Assembly (NCBI GenBank): GCA_038087875.1
Contig: CM075989.1
Span: forward strand, 14,756,001 to 14,820,000
DNA length: 64,000 bases
Reading direction: 5' to 3'
From: Malacoraja senta
Lineage: Eukaryota
The notes under the pieces were generated by a model. It was given only the letters and a program-made list of their open reading frames with translations, was not told the origin of the DNA and searched no databases. Shown here in pieces: positions 1-12,981 of this stretch; the stretch's first letter is position 1, and the number at the start of each line of letters is the position of its first letter. A program made the position numbers and the translations under genes.

Positions 1-1050
1 ATTGGGTCTGTATTCTTTACACCATGCCTACTTAAGTGCCTATCTGAACATATCTTAAATGTAGTGATTGCTTCTGATTCCACCACCTCCCCTGGCAGTG
101 AGTTCCAGCAATCAAATACTAAATAATTTTCCCATTAAATCCCCTTTAAAACACTTCCCTCTCACCTTAAACCTTTGCCCTCGTGAGTTTGATACCTTCA
201 TCATGGGAAAACGATTTCACTATCTATCCTATCTATGCCTCTTACAATTATATGCATCATTATCAGGTCATCCTGGTGAAACATGCCCGGCCTATCTAAT
301 CTCTCCGCATAACTAAACTCCTGCAATGCAGGTGATGTCCTGGTTAACCTCTTCTGCACTCTCTCTAGTGGAATCACATCCTTTGGATAGGTCAGTGACC
401 AGAACTGCACACAATACTCCAAGTGCAACCTAACCCATTGTTTGACAAAGGTGCAACATCATAACCCAACTTTTATCTTCAAGCCAAGGATGTCTTCTTC
501 ACCACTGTGTTGAGACTTTCAGGAAATTAAGAACGTCCCAGCAACCTGCCATATACATGTTGACTTTCCGAATGCATCACCTTGCACATGTGTTGGGATT
601 AAATGTAATCACATAGTGCTCCGCCCAGCTTTCCATCTGATTTATAGCCTTGGAAAACCTTTATCACTATCCACAACAGGAATAGTCAACTGCAAACGTA
701 CTAATCGTACCTCCTATATTTGCATTTGTCATTGATATGCATCACAAACAGCAAAGGTCCCAGCATTGATCCCTGTATCACACCACTGCTCACAGACTTC
801 CAATTATAGAAAGCAACCCTCCACCACTATCTCTGTTTACTATCAGAAAGTCAACTGTGGATTGAATTAGCCAGCTCATCTTAGACTGGATATACCTTAA
901 CCTTCAGGATCAGTCACCCAGGACCCTTCAAAGTCCTGACTAAAGTCCACTCAAGCAACATTTACCACATTTCCATCAATCTTCTTAGTTACCTTCTCAA
1001 AAAGCCTGCCTTAGTGAGGCAGGGTTTCTCCTGCACAAAGCCACACTGAT
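1..1050 (-). mobile_element. Degenerate CR1 LINE RT / 3' region
   Basis: HLEYCVQFWS...LERVQKRLTR...FSYAERLDR motif. Confidence 0.85.
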
Positions 1051-1642
1051 TGTATTTTTTTATTAAACTCTTGAAGATCAAAGGGCAAGATTAATTCACA
1101 TAGAAACAAGGAACTGCAGATGCTGGTTTACACAAAAGGACACAAAATGCTGGAGTAACTCAGCGGGTCAGGCAGCATCTCTGGAGAACATGGATAGGCG
1201 ATGTTTCGGGTCGGGTCCCTTCTTCAGATTGCTACCAGTCTGAAGTAGGGTGCTGACCCAAAATGTCATCTCTCCATGTACTCCAGAGATACTGTCTGAC
1301 CCACCGAGTTACTTCGACATTTTCTGTCATGAATAATACACGGTTTATTTTTAACCTTGTATGCAATAAGAACACAGAACGGCCAAGAAGAATCCAGCTA
1401 TTACTAATGTACAGGTTGCTGCAAGAGGGGCGCAATTATTGCCCTTGTGCTGAAATAATGGCATGTACACTTACAATCAGAATGGGTGCAGGAAATGGAA
1501 AGGCCTAAAGAGGGAGGAAAAGAAATGCTCAGCTGGCATAACACGATTAAATCCACATAAGTGGCGAACCAAGGGATAACCTGGAGTCTTGGCAACGGAG
1601 AAGGCTTGCAAAGCAGTATTTTCCTGCTCCTTACCCAACGAG

Positions 1643-1860
1643 CGCAGACGTTTTCAATTCCATTCAAGTCCATCACATTGAACTAAAAGCATCAACATTA
1701 CTGAGGGAAATCAATCAAGAAAAGAAGCCAAACTGTGAGTTAGCAACCACAGCTGATCACGGTTTTTACTTATTTTCTTTATTGATTTCCCCCAACAATG
1801 TTGATGCGCTTCGTTTAGTCTGGTGGGCTGAACTTGAATGGAGTTAAAAACTTCTGTACT
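1643..1860. repeat. Degenerate palindrome of about 220 bp (MITE-like)
   Basis: Left arm gcatcaacattactgagggaaatcaatcaagaaaa versus the reverse complement of the right arm, gcatcaacattgttgggggaaatcaataaagaaaa. Outer segments ccattcaagt / acttgaatgg also pair. Confidence 0.8.
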
Positions 1861-4800
1861 GGGGCCAGTGAAAGATTGTCAAATCGAGACACCATCCAAA
1901 AATTCAAGTGCTGAAGAACTTGCAGCACTGAGTGGCTGTTGACATGTGGCTCAGCGGTCTCGGAGTGAGGGCTTTGGTGAACGAGGGCCTGTGCAGGCCT
2001 TTGGAGGAAACAGAGTCAGTCCAGTAGGCAGAGCATATATCGTCATTGGAAGGCATGGGAGGGAAATGCAAAGCTGAAGTGCGTCTGTTTTAATGCAAGG
2101 ACTGTGCGTTAGGGGCAGATAATGAGCATGGATCAGCAGATGGGAAACTGAAGTTGTTGCAGTCACTGAGGCATGCTTGAAAGAAAGGCAGGACTGGCAA
2201 CGCAATTCCCAGATGCCCCCAGAGTATTCAGTCATGACGAGCTGAGGAAGGGGAGGGGGATGTCAAAGAGGTGTTATGGAGTATTAACCAAGGAGTCCAA
2301 TGTGCCGTGACAAGGGAGGATAGCCCAGGAGGCTCTTGAAATAAGGCCATATAGATAGAGTTTAGAAACAAGGAGAGGGGATGATCACTTTGCTGGGGGT
2401 CTACTCCAGGCCTTATAACATTCAATGAGAAATAGGGGAGTGGATATGAAGACAAATTACAAGAGATAAGACTGTTATGGTTATAGTAAGAATGGAGCTC
2501 AAATTCCACGATATTGTCTTGAGATTGCTTTGCTGAAAGGACTAGAAGGAATGTAAGTCCTAAAGTGTCTTTAGGAGAGCTTGTTGAGTCATTATGTCGA
2601 TAGATCTCAGAGAAGGGACAGTAATGGACCTGCACTTATGGAATGGAAGCCGTCAAATAGTTACATTGTCATTGGGAGAGTATTCAGGTAAAGGGGTGGT
2701 GTACACACCCCAGTCACCATCGATAGAGTTGTAGAGGAGATGGTACAGAGTTTCAGGTTCTTTATATAAATATCGTCAACTATTTATCCTCGTCCAAGCA
2801 CAATGATACAATGACCAAGGAAGTACACCAATGACTCTACTTCCACAGAAGATGAAGCAAGCAAGCTTCGCATCTCCAATGACGCTTACCGATTTATACA
2901 CTGTTTAAACCATCCTATTTTGATGCATCATAAAAAAGACACAAATTGCTGGAGTAACTCAGTGGGACAGGCAGCATCTATGGAGAACATGGATAGATGA
3001 CGTTTTGGGTCGGGACCCTTCGTCATACTGATTGTGGTTGGGGGAATGGGGGGGGGGAAGAGCTGGAAGAGATGATCACAATTTGATTTGGCAACTGCTC
3101 TTTATCCAATGGAGAGAAGGAATGGGTGACGTTTCGGGTCGAGTCACCCATCCCTTCTCTCCAGAGTTGTGGCCTGTCCCGCTGAGTTGCTCCAGCATTT
3201 TGTGTTTACCTTCGATTTAAACCAGCATCTGCAGTTCCTTCCTTCAAGCTCTTTATCCAATTATATGGAACAGACCTGCTACATTCAGACAGTTCTGAAA
3301 CTGCAGAAAGTTGTGAGTGGAGTCAAGTTGTTTACCCAAATGAACCTCATCAAGTCAGAGAAGACTTGCACAAAAAGAGGCAGAATTAGAAATCTTGTTA
3401 GTGGCAGAATTTACCATCAACAAAAATAAACTTTCCTTCCTTCCATAGACAAAAAATTGGAAAATGTGATCAAAGATATCTTCTCCACAGATACAAACGC
3501 AAGTATGACAAAGAACTTTCAAATTGGAAAACATGAATCATAAGCTGTGCTCCACAAGTGGGGAACCTGCAAAAATGTAACGCTCCAGCTCCAGATCCAT
3601 CTTGCACTAGTTTCATCAAAAGCTGATAACTAATCATTGTATTAAAAAAAGTTGTAGCAATAAGTTGGGACAATAAGTTTTAAAAAAAAAGGCTCCTCCT
3701 TCTCAAGCACACTTCCAGAACCAACAAATAGTTTCCTTCAATTAGTACCAAAGAAAACTCTATTTTCCCCGGTAGGTTCAGCCCAGACATTGTGTTACTT
3801 ACTGGCAGGCAGGAAGAGAGCTTTGCATCAGGAAACAGCCAGTTAGTATCAGTGCAATAAACAGCAGAATGTGGAGCTGAAGCCACATCCATCAGGACAT
3901 TTCCGGCCACATACATGGATTGACACAGATACCAAGCCAGTAAAAACAGTTTCATTACAGAAAGGGAGATAGATCAGGATTAAGACTGTACTCCTCTGCT
4001 CTGTAACCTGTGAACTGCAACGAAGCGGTAACTGGGAACAGCAAGGGCAATTTGAAAATGTGGCCAATTATATGTAACAGATATGCTAAGCTTCTGACAA
4101 ACTGTATTCAACCCAAAACATTGATTCCATTTCTCTTCCCACAGATGCTGTCTGACCTGCCGAGTGTTTCCAGCATTTCAGATTTCCAGCATCTGTCCAT
4201 TTGTTATATACTAGTTTAATCATACGTAACATGTTCTCAATGTACAGGCTTCTCACTGCAGTCAAAGTAGGTCTCACTCAATCTGTTGCTCAAGTGACAG
4301 TGAAAATTGCCACTGCTCGCTTTCTAAATCCAGGGCATGGAGTTTCGCAACATAACTCCACCCGACTCTCAATCAACCAACAAGGAGGTATTCAGTTCAT
4401 TCAACAAGAATGTGACTGGGAGACCTTTCAAATATTTTCCCAAAGAAGAGGATTAAAAGCAAATTTAAAAATCTGCAAATAGCAGAAATTCTCAGCAGCT
4501 CAGGCAGCAAAGTAAATGTTTCAAGGTGATGACTTTCATCAGGACAGACCTAAAGTTTTAACCAGCCTGATATCTTGGTGCCAAAGCTCGAGCCTCTTGA
4601 TTTAGTCAGAGATCTGCCAATGTATTGCATGGAGATCTATGGGGAAGCAGGCTGCGAACTGCTCTGGGATATGCTCAATACAAATTTTTCATACAGGCAC
4701 GACCAGTGCAATTCTTGCAGATTCTGTTATGTTTTCTGTCTTCACAACAACAGGATTTGTGAATAGATGCAAAGCATATCTGGGAATTATCCCCTCTAAT

Positions 4801-5704
4801 AGAAGTATCAGGTCCACTCAAGATGTCCACTCAATTTCCAACGAACCACAGATGGCCCCGAACTCCGAATGTGTCAGATTAATCCTTAGCTGTCTGTTTA
4901 ACGTTTGCCGTACAACATTTATATGTAATGGATACTAATCTTATTTAATCCCAGATAGTCAATCTTTTTTCCCCCAGGGCTGAAATGTCAAATACCAGAC
5001 ATCATAGAATTATGGTGAGAGGGGAAGTTTAAAAGAGCTTTTTAAAACACTCTCACGTTCCTGGAAAGCACCACCTAGGAGGTGGAGGAAGCAAATACAA
5101 TGTGTATTGTTTAAGAGACATTTAGGCAGATGCATGAACAGACAGGGAATGGAGAGATATAGACAATACTCAGTAAGTCATCACTGCCAGCGAAAGCTCA
5201 AGTAGAAGAGTAACAATGGGGTTTTGGTGAACAGAGAACACTTATGCAACCCAAACTGTGCTTAAGCAGACAGCATCTCTAGCATTGCAGTGATTATGAA
5301 GCTATCCTTGATGCAGCAGTGAAGATAGACACAAAATGCTAGAGTAACTCAGTGGGACAAGCAGCATCTCAGGAGAGAGGGAATGAGTGATGTTTCAGGT
5401 CAAGACCCTTCTTCAGACCTTCAGACCTGATGCAGCAGCAGTTGACGAACGATGCCTTCTACCCATGTGTCAAGATTTAAATATTACGTTAGGCTGTAAA
5501 TAATTAGATCTTTATCCAGCTTAATCTAGTCAAAGCGAGGCAATACCACGCGATGATTCATAACTCTCAAATCTATCACATGGGGTAAAATCATCAAATA
5601 TTTCTGGCAATCATGAACAAGTTCCTTCAAGGAGTCAACATTGTTTGTCATTCTCTGCGTCGGTCTGGAGAAGGCAAGCCTTCCAATATGTGGACTCTGC
5701 ATCA

Positions 5705-6105
5705 ACATTGTTTTCTCTGGAACATCATAGATTGAGGGGAGACTTGATAGAAGTAAATAAAATGATGAGAGGGTAGACAGTCAGGCCCTCTCCCCCCACA
5801 GTGGAAATGTCCAACACTAGAAGGCATAGCAGAGAGGGGGAAAGTTAATGGAGATGAGCGGGACAAGTTTATTTTTTAAACGGAGAGCAGTGGGGGCCTG
5901 GAACGCATTGTCTGGGATGGTGGTGGTGGAGACAGATCTGATAGTGGTGTTTAAGAGGCTATTAAATCGGCATATGGAAGTGCAGGGAATAGAGGGATAT
6001 GAATCATGTGCAGGCAGATGAGACCAGTTCAGCTAAGCATCATGTTCGGTGCTACATTATGGGCCGAAGGGCCTGTTCCTGTGCTGTATTGTTCTATGTT
6101 TTAGG
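5705..6105 (+). mobile_element. CR1 3' end
   Basis: LRGDLIEV-like segment and 3' end gggccgaagggcctgttcctgtgctgtattgttctatgtt. Confidence 0.8.
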
Positions 6106-8620
6106 TTCAAATGTACAGAGTCAAGCTTTGCGCAAGATTCCAGCATCCACAGTTTCCTGTGTATCTCTTTAAAACATGGTTTTACGCAGAAAGAATGAAT
6201 TAATTTAGGTGTTGCCGCCCTGGGTCAATATTGCAGTAGGGGTTCTACCCCACGCCACGAGAGGACTGACCACGACAACTGTTTATGAATTGATGGAGAG
6301 ATGGAAAAATATTCAGCAAGGAGCTGGACAAGGAAAACCTCAGCGGCACAGCCTCCTTAGTGCACAATGCCACCACTTACTGGCTTAATGTGCTCGTGAT
6401 GCTTCCAACCATGGAATCCAGGCAGTGATTAGCCACATCAAGGAGTGCATCAATGAGAAGCCCACAGCTTATACGTCATGCAAAAGGCTAAAACAAATTA
6501 TGCTCGGATAGAAAAAGAGGCACTGGCAGATATATCTGGAGTTGCGAGGCTTATAAGAAAACCATTTACACCAGGTACTGGCCAGAGACATTGCCTGCCT
6601 TTCAGGGACCCAGGTCTGCCTTGGCCATAGGGACAACATGGGGAATGCAGAACATTCAATGCACCTAGCAGCACAAAACACACCTAGCACAGTGCCATCA
6701 GAACATCCAAACAAAACTCTAGGATCACCTGACAGCAAGCCACAAATAAAACAGCAGTTATGCTCTACAAAGAATAGAAACGTATTTCTATTGCTGTGAC
6801 CAAGTCAAGTTATGCTAAAAGAGAAGACCATGAACACGTTAATTGGATGAATGGATTCAGACAGGTTTAAGGGAAGACACGAATAGCATCTCTGTCAAAT
6901 GTCAAGGTAAGAGTCAAGTCTAGAGATAGGTTATTTTCTGGGGATTTTGTTGGGTAGAGTGGTGCGGAGACAATAACATGAAACACGCAGGCACTGCACA
7001 CACAGAATGGGGCTCAAAGTACCCGGAGATAGAATACTAATTAAAAAGTCCATTGGATTTATTTAGTCACTTGGAAAGAGGAAATATTTATTTTTAATTA
7101 TATTTTTTCACACAGAGAGAATTGTTGAGGAGGGGTGGCTGAGGAGGGGGGTCCACAGGATTAATGTTGAAATAATTCACATTGCACCAAACCCTTTCAT
7201 GGAAGGTGTAGGAAAGAACTGCAGATGCTGGTTTAAATCAAAGGTAAACACAAAATGCTGGAGTAACAGGCAGCATCTCTGGAGAGAAGGAATGGGTGAT
7301 GTTTCGGCTCGAGACCCTTCTTCAGACGTTAGGGACTTTAATGGAAGGGACAGTTTCCCTTTCACCAAGTTCCTCTCAAAGCACTGCCAACATCACAACA
7401 GCATATGGTTTTGTGCAAACCATGTCATTTTACTGTGAAGTGGTTTCCCTTATTGTTCACCTAAATGCACAGTGGATGACTAATGTTGAACAACAGCAGT
7501 AAATCTCTATGCAGAAGGCACCAATCACAGCCTCCGCTACAAGAATGATTGTGCACTTTGATCAACTTTGCCAAACCTGCATTAAACGGCATCCTTTCAA
7601 TTCAATCTTTTCTCAAACTTTCACAGGTTGCAATGCATAAACGCACACCGCTGCCTGTGGGAGGACAACAAAGGCTGCCAGAACGCACGGGTGACAGTGG
7701 GCTGAGCAGGCCACTTCCTCCTACAATACTTGCATACTTGCTGCAGTTTAGCACTGACCCCCTTCCCTGCAGTCACAGCGGCAGCTGCTACTCAGGATAT
7801 TCTATCCAAGAAAATTCAAACACCAACTAAACCCCCCAAAAAAACAATACATCTGGAATAGTTCCAGAGATTGAACATTTGTTCAGCATAATAATCCATC
7901 TATCACTTCGGGTAGTTTACGTAAAGCAGGTATCAAAAGGGACTCAATGCATTTTAAACAGGAAACAACTCCAGTTTAATCAAACACTTGCACTTTAAGG
8001 AATTCACAACATATTACAATACGTTAAACAGATATTACCCCAGGGGGGCACAAGAGTGGCAAGGGTGCTTGGTTTAAGGATAATTGCAAACACTACTTAA
8101 TATGACACTAATGAACAGGAACAGCCTGTTCTTCCCTCCAGCCATCAGGCTATTAAACACTACAACCTCATAAGCTATGAACTACAATAGACTATTATTA
8201 TTATTATTATTGTACTGTTATTGTTTGGGGTTTTTTTCTGAGTTGTTGTTATATTATTCATTATGGCTACATGTTCTGTTGTGCTGCAGCAAGTAAGAAT
8301 GTCATTGTTCTATCTGGGACATATGACAATAAAACACTCTAGGATGCTGGGAATACCTGAAGAGCTTTTGCACTGTTCTTGTTCTGTATTTTTTTTAAAA
8401 TTCTGAATAAAGTTTATTTTATATTAATTTTATTTTAGATTTTAAATAATGTTCAAAAGTAATATTATTCTGAGTAATTTTTTTTTTAGTTAAAAATTTG
8501 TTAATGGGAAGTTAAGCACATGAATAAAGTGGTAGTGGAGCCCAGCATCACACTACCAGAAATAAAAAGGTCACTTGCGAAAATTAACAAACCTTCCCTA
8601 CAATAAATTTCAGTTTTTCA

Positions 8621-8655
8621 GTCTGAAGAAGGGTCTCGACCCGAAACGTCACCCA
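8621..8655 (+). ncRNA. Minimal hammerhead-ribozyme-like motif in the Penelope-derived repeat (representative copy)
   Basis: CUGAAGA-A-[GGGU CUCG ACCC]-GAAA-CGUC: conserved core boxes, stem II and a palindromic ACGU in place of stem III. Stem I is only about 2 bp. Confidence 0.55.
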
Positions 8656-9992
8656 TTCCTTATCTCCGCTGCGTCACTCCAGCTTTTTGTGTCTATCTGC
8701 AGTTAGACAGATTATCCCCATCCTCATGTTTCACCCATTTTGGCAATACCTTCTATTTAAAAACACCAACAGTCACAAATGTCATCCCTTACCTTCAGGC
8801 CCCTGTACTGAAATACATTTGTAGCATGGGAGATACACCGAGACGGCTTACAGCGGTTGAACAAAGTACATCAAGTCAAGTTCCTGATAAAACAAAAGAT
8901 TATGCTCCAACAGGAGTCTTCCAGAAAATAACTATTCCCTCCAGATACCAGAGGCAGGTGCGGGCGGGATGCCTCAAGTCAACAGCTAAGGTGTTTGACC
9001 ACATACCACTACTTGTGTCTTGTTTTCAACATAACAGAGTGCAACCTGACAAATAGTCACTTCACAGATTGCTTCGCAGAACTCAACAATTATTTTTCAT
9101 TTCAAATTAACTTAATTCATAAGGTGTACAAATGTTTACATTACAACAACACAAAACTCACGCCAAGTATTTACAGTCAGCATAACACCAATTGTCCTCG
9201 TTGTCCACGTGTTGCTTGAGCAAAGAGTCGGAGGGTTATTATACGGGTTCCAGCTCCTCAGGAGAGACGGCCTTAATCCAAGGCTTGTTCCCATCGCAGC
9301 AAGCTTTAGTGACACCAGACCCGGACACTGGTGTGTCAGTCTGCAGCTTCTTACACTAGAAGGCCAGAAAGTTCTAGGCAGACCAGTCTGCTCCTATGGC
9401 AGGTTGATGACCTTCCAGCTGTAGCAGATATGAGTCTGAAGAAGGGTTTCGGCCCGAAACGTTGCCTGTTTCCTTCGCTCCATAGATGCTGCTGCATCCG
9501 CAGAGTTTCTCCAGCACTTTTGTCTACCTTCGATTTTCCAGCATCTGCAGTTCCTTCTTAAGCAGATGTTTAACACTTTCTCTGGCACAGCTCAAAGCAG
9601 AGCCCTTGCAATATTTATATACCTACCTGGACTGAACCTCAACCAAGACAGGTCGGGAGTAAGGACCCATCCTTAGTGACCCATCTTTAAAATTGGAACA
9701 AATTGAACCTCGACACTAACCTGTGTACTCAGGGTCTTTTCACAGCTTTCTGTTGACATGCACAAAGGTGGCCATCAGATTGAAGGGCAAAACACAAAGT
9801 GCAGGATGAACCCAGTGGGTCAGGCAGCACCAGTGTAGGGAATGTGATTGGGGCTCTCCAAGGTACATCTCCTCCCCTTCTCTGGAGATGTGCATGTCAC
9901 AATTCTGTAGACTTCCCATCTCAGATCTCCAAGTAAACTGGAAAAATCTCTCCAGTGACAGAACACCAAGCGAGAAGAGAACCTTTCACCTG

Positions 9993-10445
9993 ATGACCAG
10001 GCTTTCGGCCTGACCCACTGCCATGACCAGGCTTCCCTGCCTGACCCACTGCCATGACCAGGCTTCCCTGCCTGACCCACTGCCATGACCAGGCTTTCCT
10101 GCCTGACCCACTGCCATGACCAGGCTTCCCTGCCTGACCCACTGCCATGACCAGGCTTCTCTGCCTGACCCACTGCCATGACCAGGCTTCCCTGCCTGAC
10201 CCACTGCCATGACCAGGCTTTCCTGCCTGACCCACTGCCATGACCAGGCTTCCCTGCCTGACCCACTGCCATGACCAGGCTTCCCTGCCTGACCCACTGC
10301 CATGACCAGGCTTCCCTGCCTGACCCACTGCCATGACCAGGCTTTCCTGCCTGACCCACTGCCATGACCAGGCTTCCCTGCCTGACCCACTGCCATGACC
10401 AGGCTTCCCTGCCTGACCCACTGCCATGACCAGGCTTTCCTGCCT
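9993..10445. repeat. 31-bp minisatellite, about 14.5 copies
   Basis: Unit atgaccaggcttccctgcctgacccactgcc. Explains the three repetitive ORFs at 9820-10489. Confidence 0.97.
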
Positions 10446-10809
10446 ATTCTCCCAGGACATCTCATGTTACTCAATTCATTCATGCACAATCAACCATGTA
10501 CAACGTCAGTTTCACGTGACCACATCACTCCTTGAACCTGTGCGGGAAGGAACTGCAGATGCTGGTTTAAACCGAAGATAGACACAAAAAGCTAGAGTAA
10601 CTCAGCGGGACAGGCAGCATCTCTGGAGCGAAGGAATGGGTGACGTTTCGGGTCGAGACACTTCTGATATACTCCTTGAACCTGAATCTTTACCACACCT
10701 GGGGTGGGACCTCATTAAGCCAAGACCAATAATCATCTTTGATCTTGAGGCTACACTAGTCTATGCCTCAAATGTGATTTGATTCCAGCACCTATTATGA
10801 TGTTGCAGT

Positions 10810-11955
10810 TAAAGAAATCTTTCCCCAAACACCCCCTTTAAATTTCCTAACCCTCACTTTAAAATTATGCCGCCTTGTTTTTGATATTGCTACCACGGGA
10901 AAAAAAAAAATTTGGACTATCTACATATTTATGTATCCCATTGCCTTATCTACCTGTATCAGGTCCCCCTTCGGACCAAGGAAAGCAAATTCTCAGCCTA
11001 TCAAGTTTCTCTCCATAAATAAAGTTCTCCATTCCAGGCAACATCCTGATCAATCTCCTTTGCACCTTCTCTAAGATAATCACATTCCTCCAATCGTTGG
11101 TGACCAGAATTTCACACAATACCCCTTCCGGTCCACCCAGTGTTATGTAAATTTCTATCTTTACATTACATTCTTTGCCCTGACCCATAAAGGCAAGCCT
11201 GCCATGTGGTTTCCTCACCAATGTATCCAACTGTGTTGCCACTTTCAGGGAACTATGGACTCAAACCCCAAGATCTCTCTCTAATTGTCAACATTGCCCA
11301 GTACCCCACCATTTACTATAAATGTCCTACCTCTATTTGACTTTCCAAATGCTTCATCTAACACTGGTTGGCAGTAAATTCCATCTGCCAATGCTCCACC
11401 CAATTTTCCACTCGATCAATATCTTGCTTGGCAACCTTCCTCTCTGTACGTAGCACCACTCATTGGAGTCATTTGCAAACATACCAATTATTCCTCCTAT
11501 ATTCACAACAAGCGGTTAAAAACACATCATAAACAGCAAAGGTCCCAGCACTGATCCGCAATGGTACACCACTGGTCACCTGAGCAGCCAACTCATTTTC
11601 TCTGGATCAGAACCAGCCAGTTCTGGTTTAAATCATCCAACTATGACATTGGTTCTGCTTTCCTCTCCATGTGCAGTCTCACTTGCTGGGCATTTCCTGC
11701 AGCTCTGCATATCCCTGTGCCTTCTCCAATGCAATTATATCCTTCCAAACATGTGGCAACCAGAACTACACATGGTGCTCCAGCTGTGGCCAAACCAAAT
11801 GTTTTATAAAGCTGTGCCAGGACCCACCTTGTTCTTACATTTTATGCCCCAGATAATGATATCAATATCATTCTGTGGCCTAAGACTATCACCACCATCA
11901 TCAATAATCATTTCATCTGCAAACTTACCAAGTATACCTCCTACATTTGCATACA
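10810..11955 (-). mobile_element. Degenerate CR1 fragments
   Basis: LEKVQRRLIRMLPGME and KFADE (KFADD) remnants. Confidence 0.8.
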
Positions 11956-11960
11956 AGTCA

Positions 11961-12981
11961 AGTGAGTTTATTGTCATGTGTCCCTGGTAGGACAATGAAA
12001 TTCTTGCTTTGCTTGAGCACAACAGAACATAGTAGGCATTTACTACAAGGCATTCTATAAATATATACACAATGGTCAATATACTGATAAAGTGCAAATA
12101 ACAGTATTGGCTAATAAAGTTCAGTGTTATGTCCGAGCCAGGTTTAATAGCCTGATGGCTGTGGGGAAGTAGCTGTTCCTGAACCTGGACGTTGCAGTCT
12201 TCAGGCTCCTGTATCTTCTACCTGAAGGTAGTAGGGAGATGAGTGTGTGGCCAGGATGGTGTGGGTCCTTGATGATGCTGCCAGCCTTTTTGAGGCAGCG
12301 ACTGTGGTAGATCCCCTCGATGGAAGGGAGGTCAGAGCCAATGATGGACTGGGCAGTGTTTACTACTTTTTGTAGTCTTTTCCTCTCCAGGGCACTCAAG
12401 TTGCTGAACCAAGCCACGATGCAACCGGTCAGCATGCTCTCTACTGTGCACCTGTAGAAGTTAGAGAGAGTCCTCCTTGACAAACCGACTCTCCGTAATC
12501 TTCTCAGGAAGTAGAGGCACTGATGTGCTTTCTTAATAATGGCATCATTGTTCTCGGACCAGGAAAGATCTTCAGAGATGTGCACGCCCAGGAATTTGAA
12601 GCTCTTGACCCTTTCAACCATCGACCCGTTGATATAAACGGGACTGTGGGTCCCCATCCTACTCCTTCCAAAGTCCACAATCAGTTCCTTGGTTTTGCTG
12701 GTGTTGAGGGCCAGGTTGTTGTGCTGGCACCATATGGACAGTTGCTCGATCTCTCTTCTATACTCTGACTCAACACCATCAGTGATACGTCCCACAACAG
12801 TGGTGTCATCAGCGCAGTCATGAGTATAGAGTGAGTACAGCAGGGGACTGAGCACGCAGCCTTGAGGTGCTCCCGTGCTGATTGTTATCGAGTCTGACAC
12901 ATTTCCACCAATACAAACAGACTGTGGTCTGAGAGTGAGGAAGTCGAGGATCCAATTGTAGAGGGATGCGCAGAGACCCAG
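11961..12981 (-). mobile_element. Rex1/Babar LINE 3' fragment nested in a CR1 remnant
   Basis: RT with [42 protein letters not shown] and RFRNSYFP. In-frame deletion before ADD. 3'UTR with AATAAA. Confidence 0.9.

Noticed and set aside
3395-3425. DGKF codons suggesting RAB27A coding exon 1
   Set aside because: In-frame stop three codons later and no GDSGVGKT P-loop.
9820-10489. Three long repetitive ORFs (167-181 aa); superficially CRISPR-like array
   Set aside because: Products of a stop-free 31-bp minisatellite. No unique spacers, and the context is eukaryotic.
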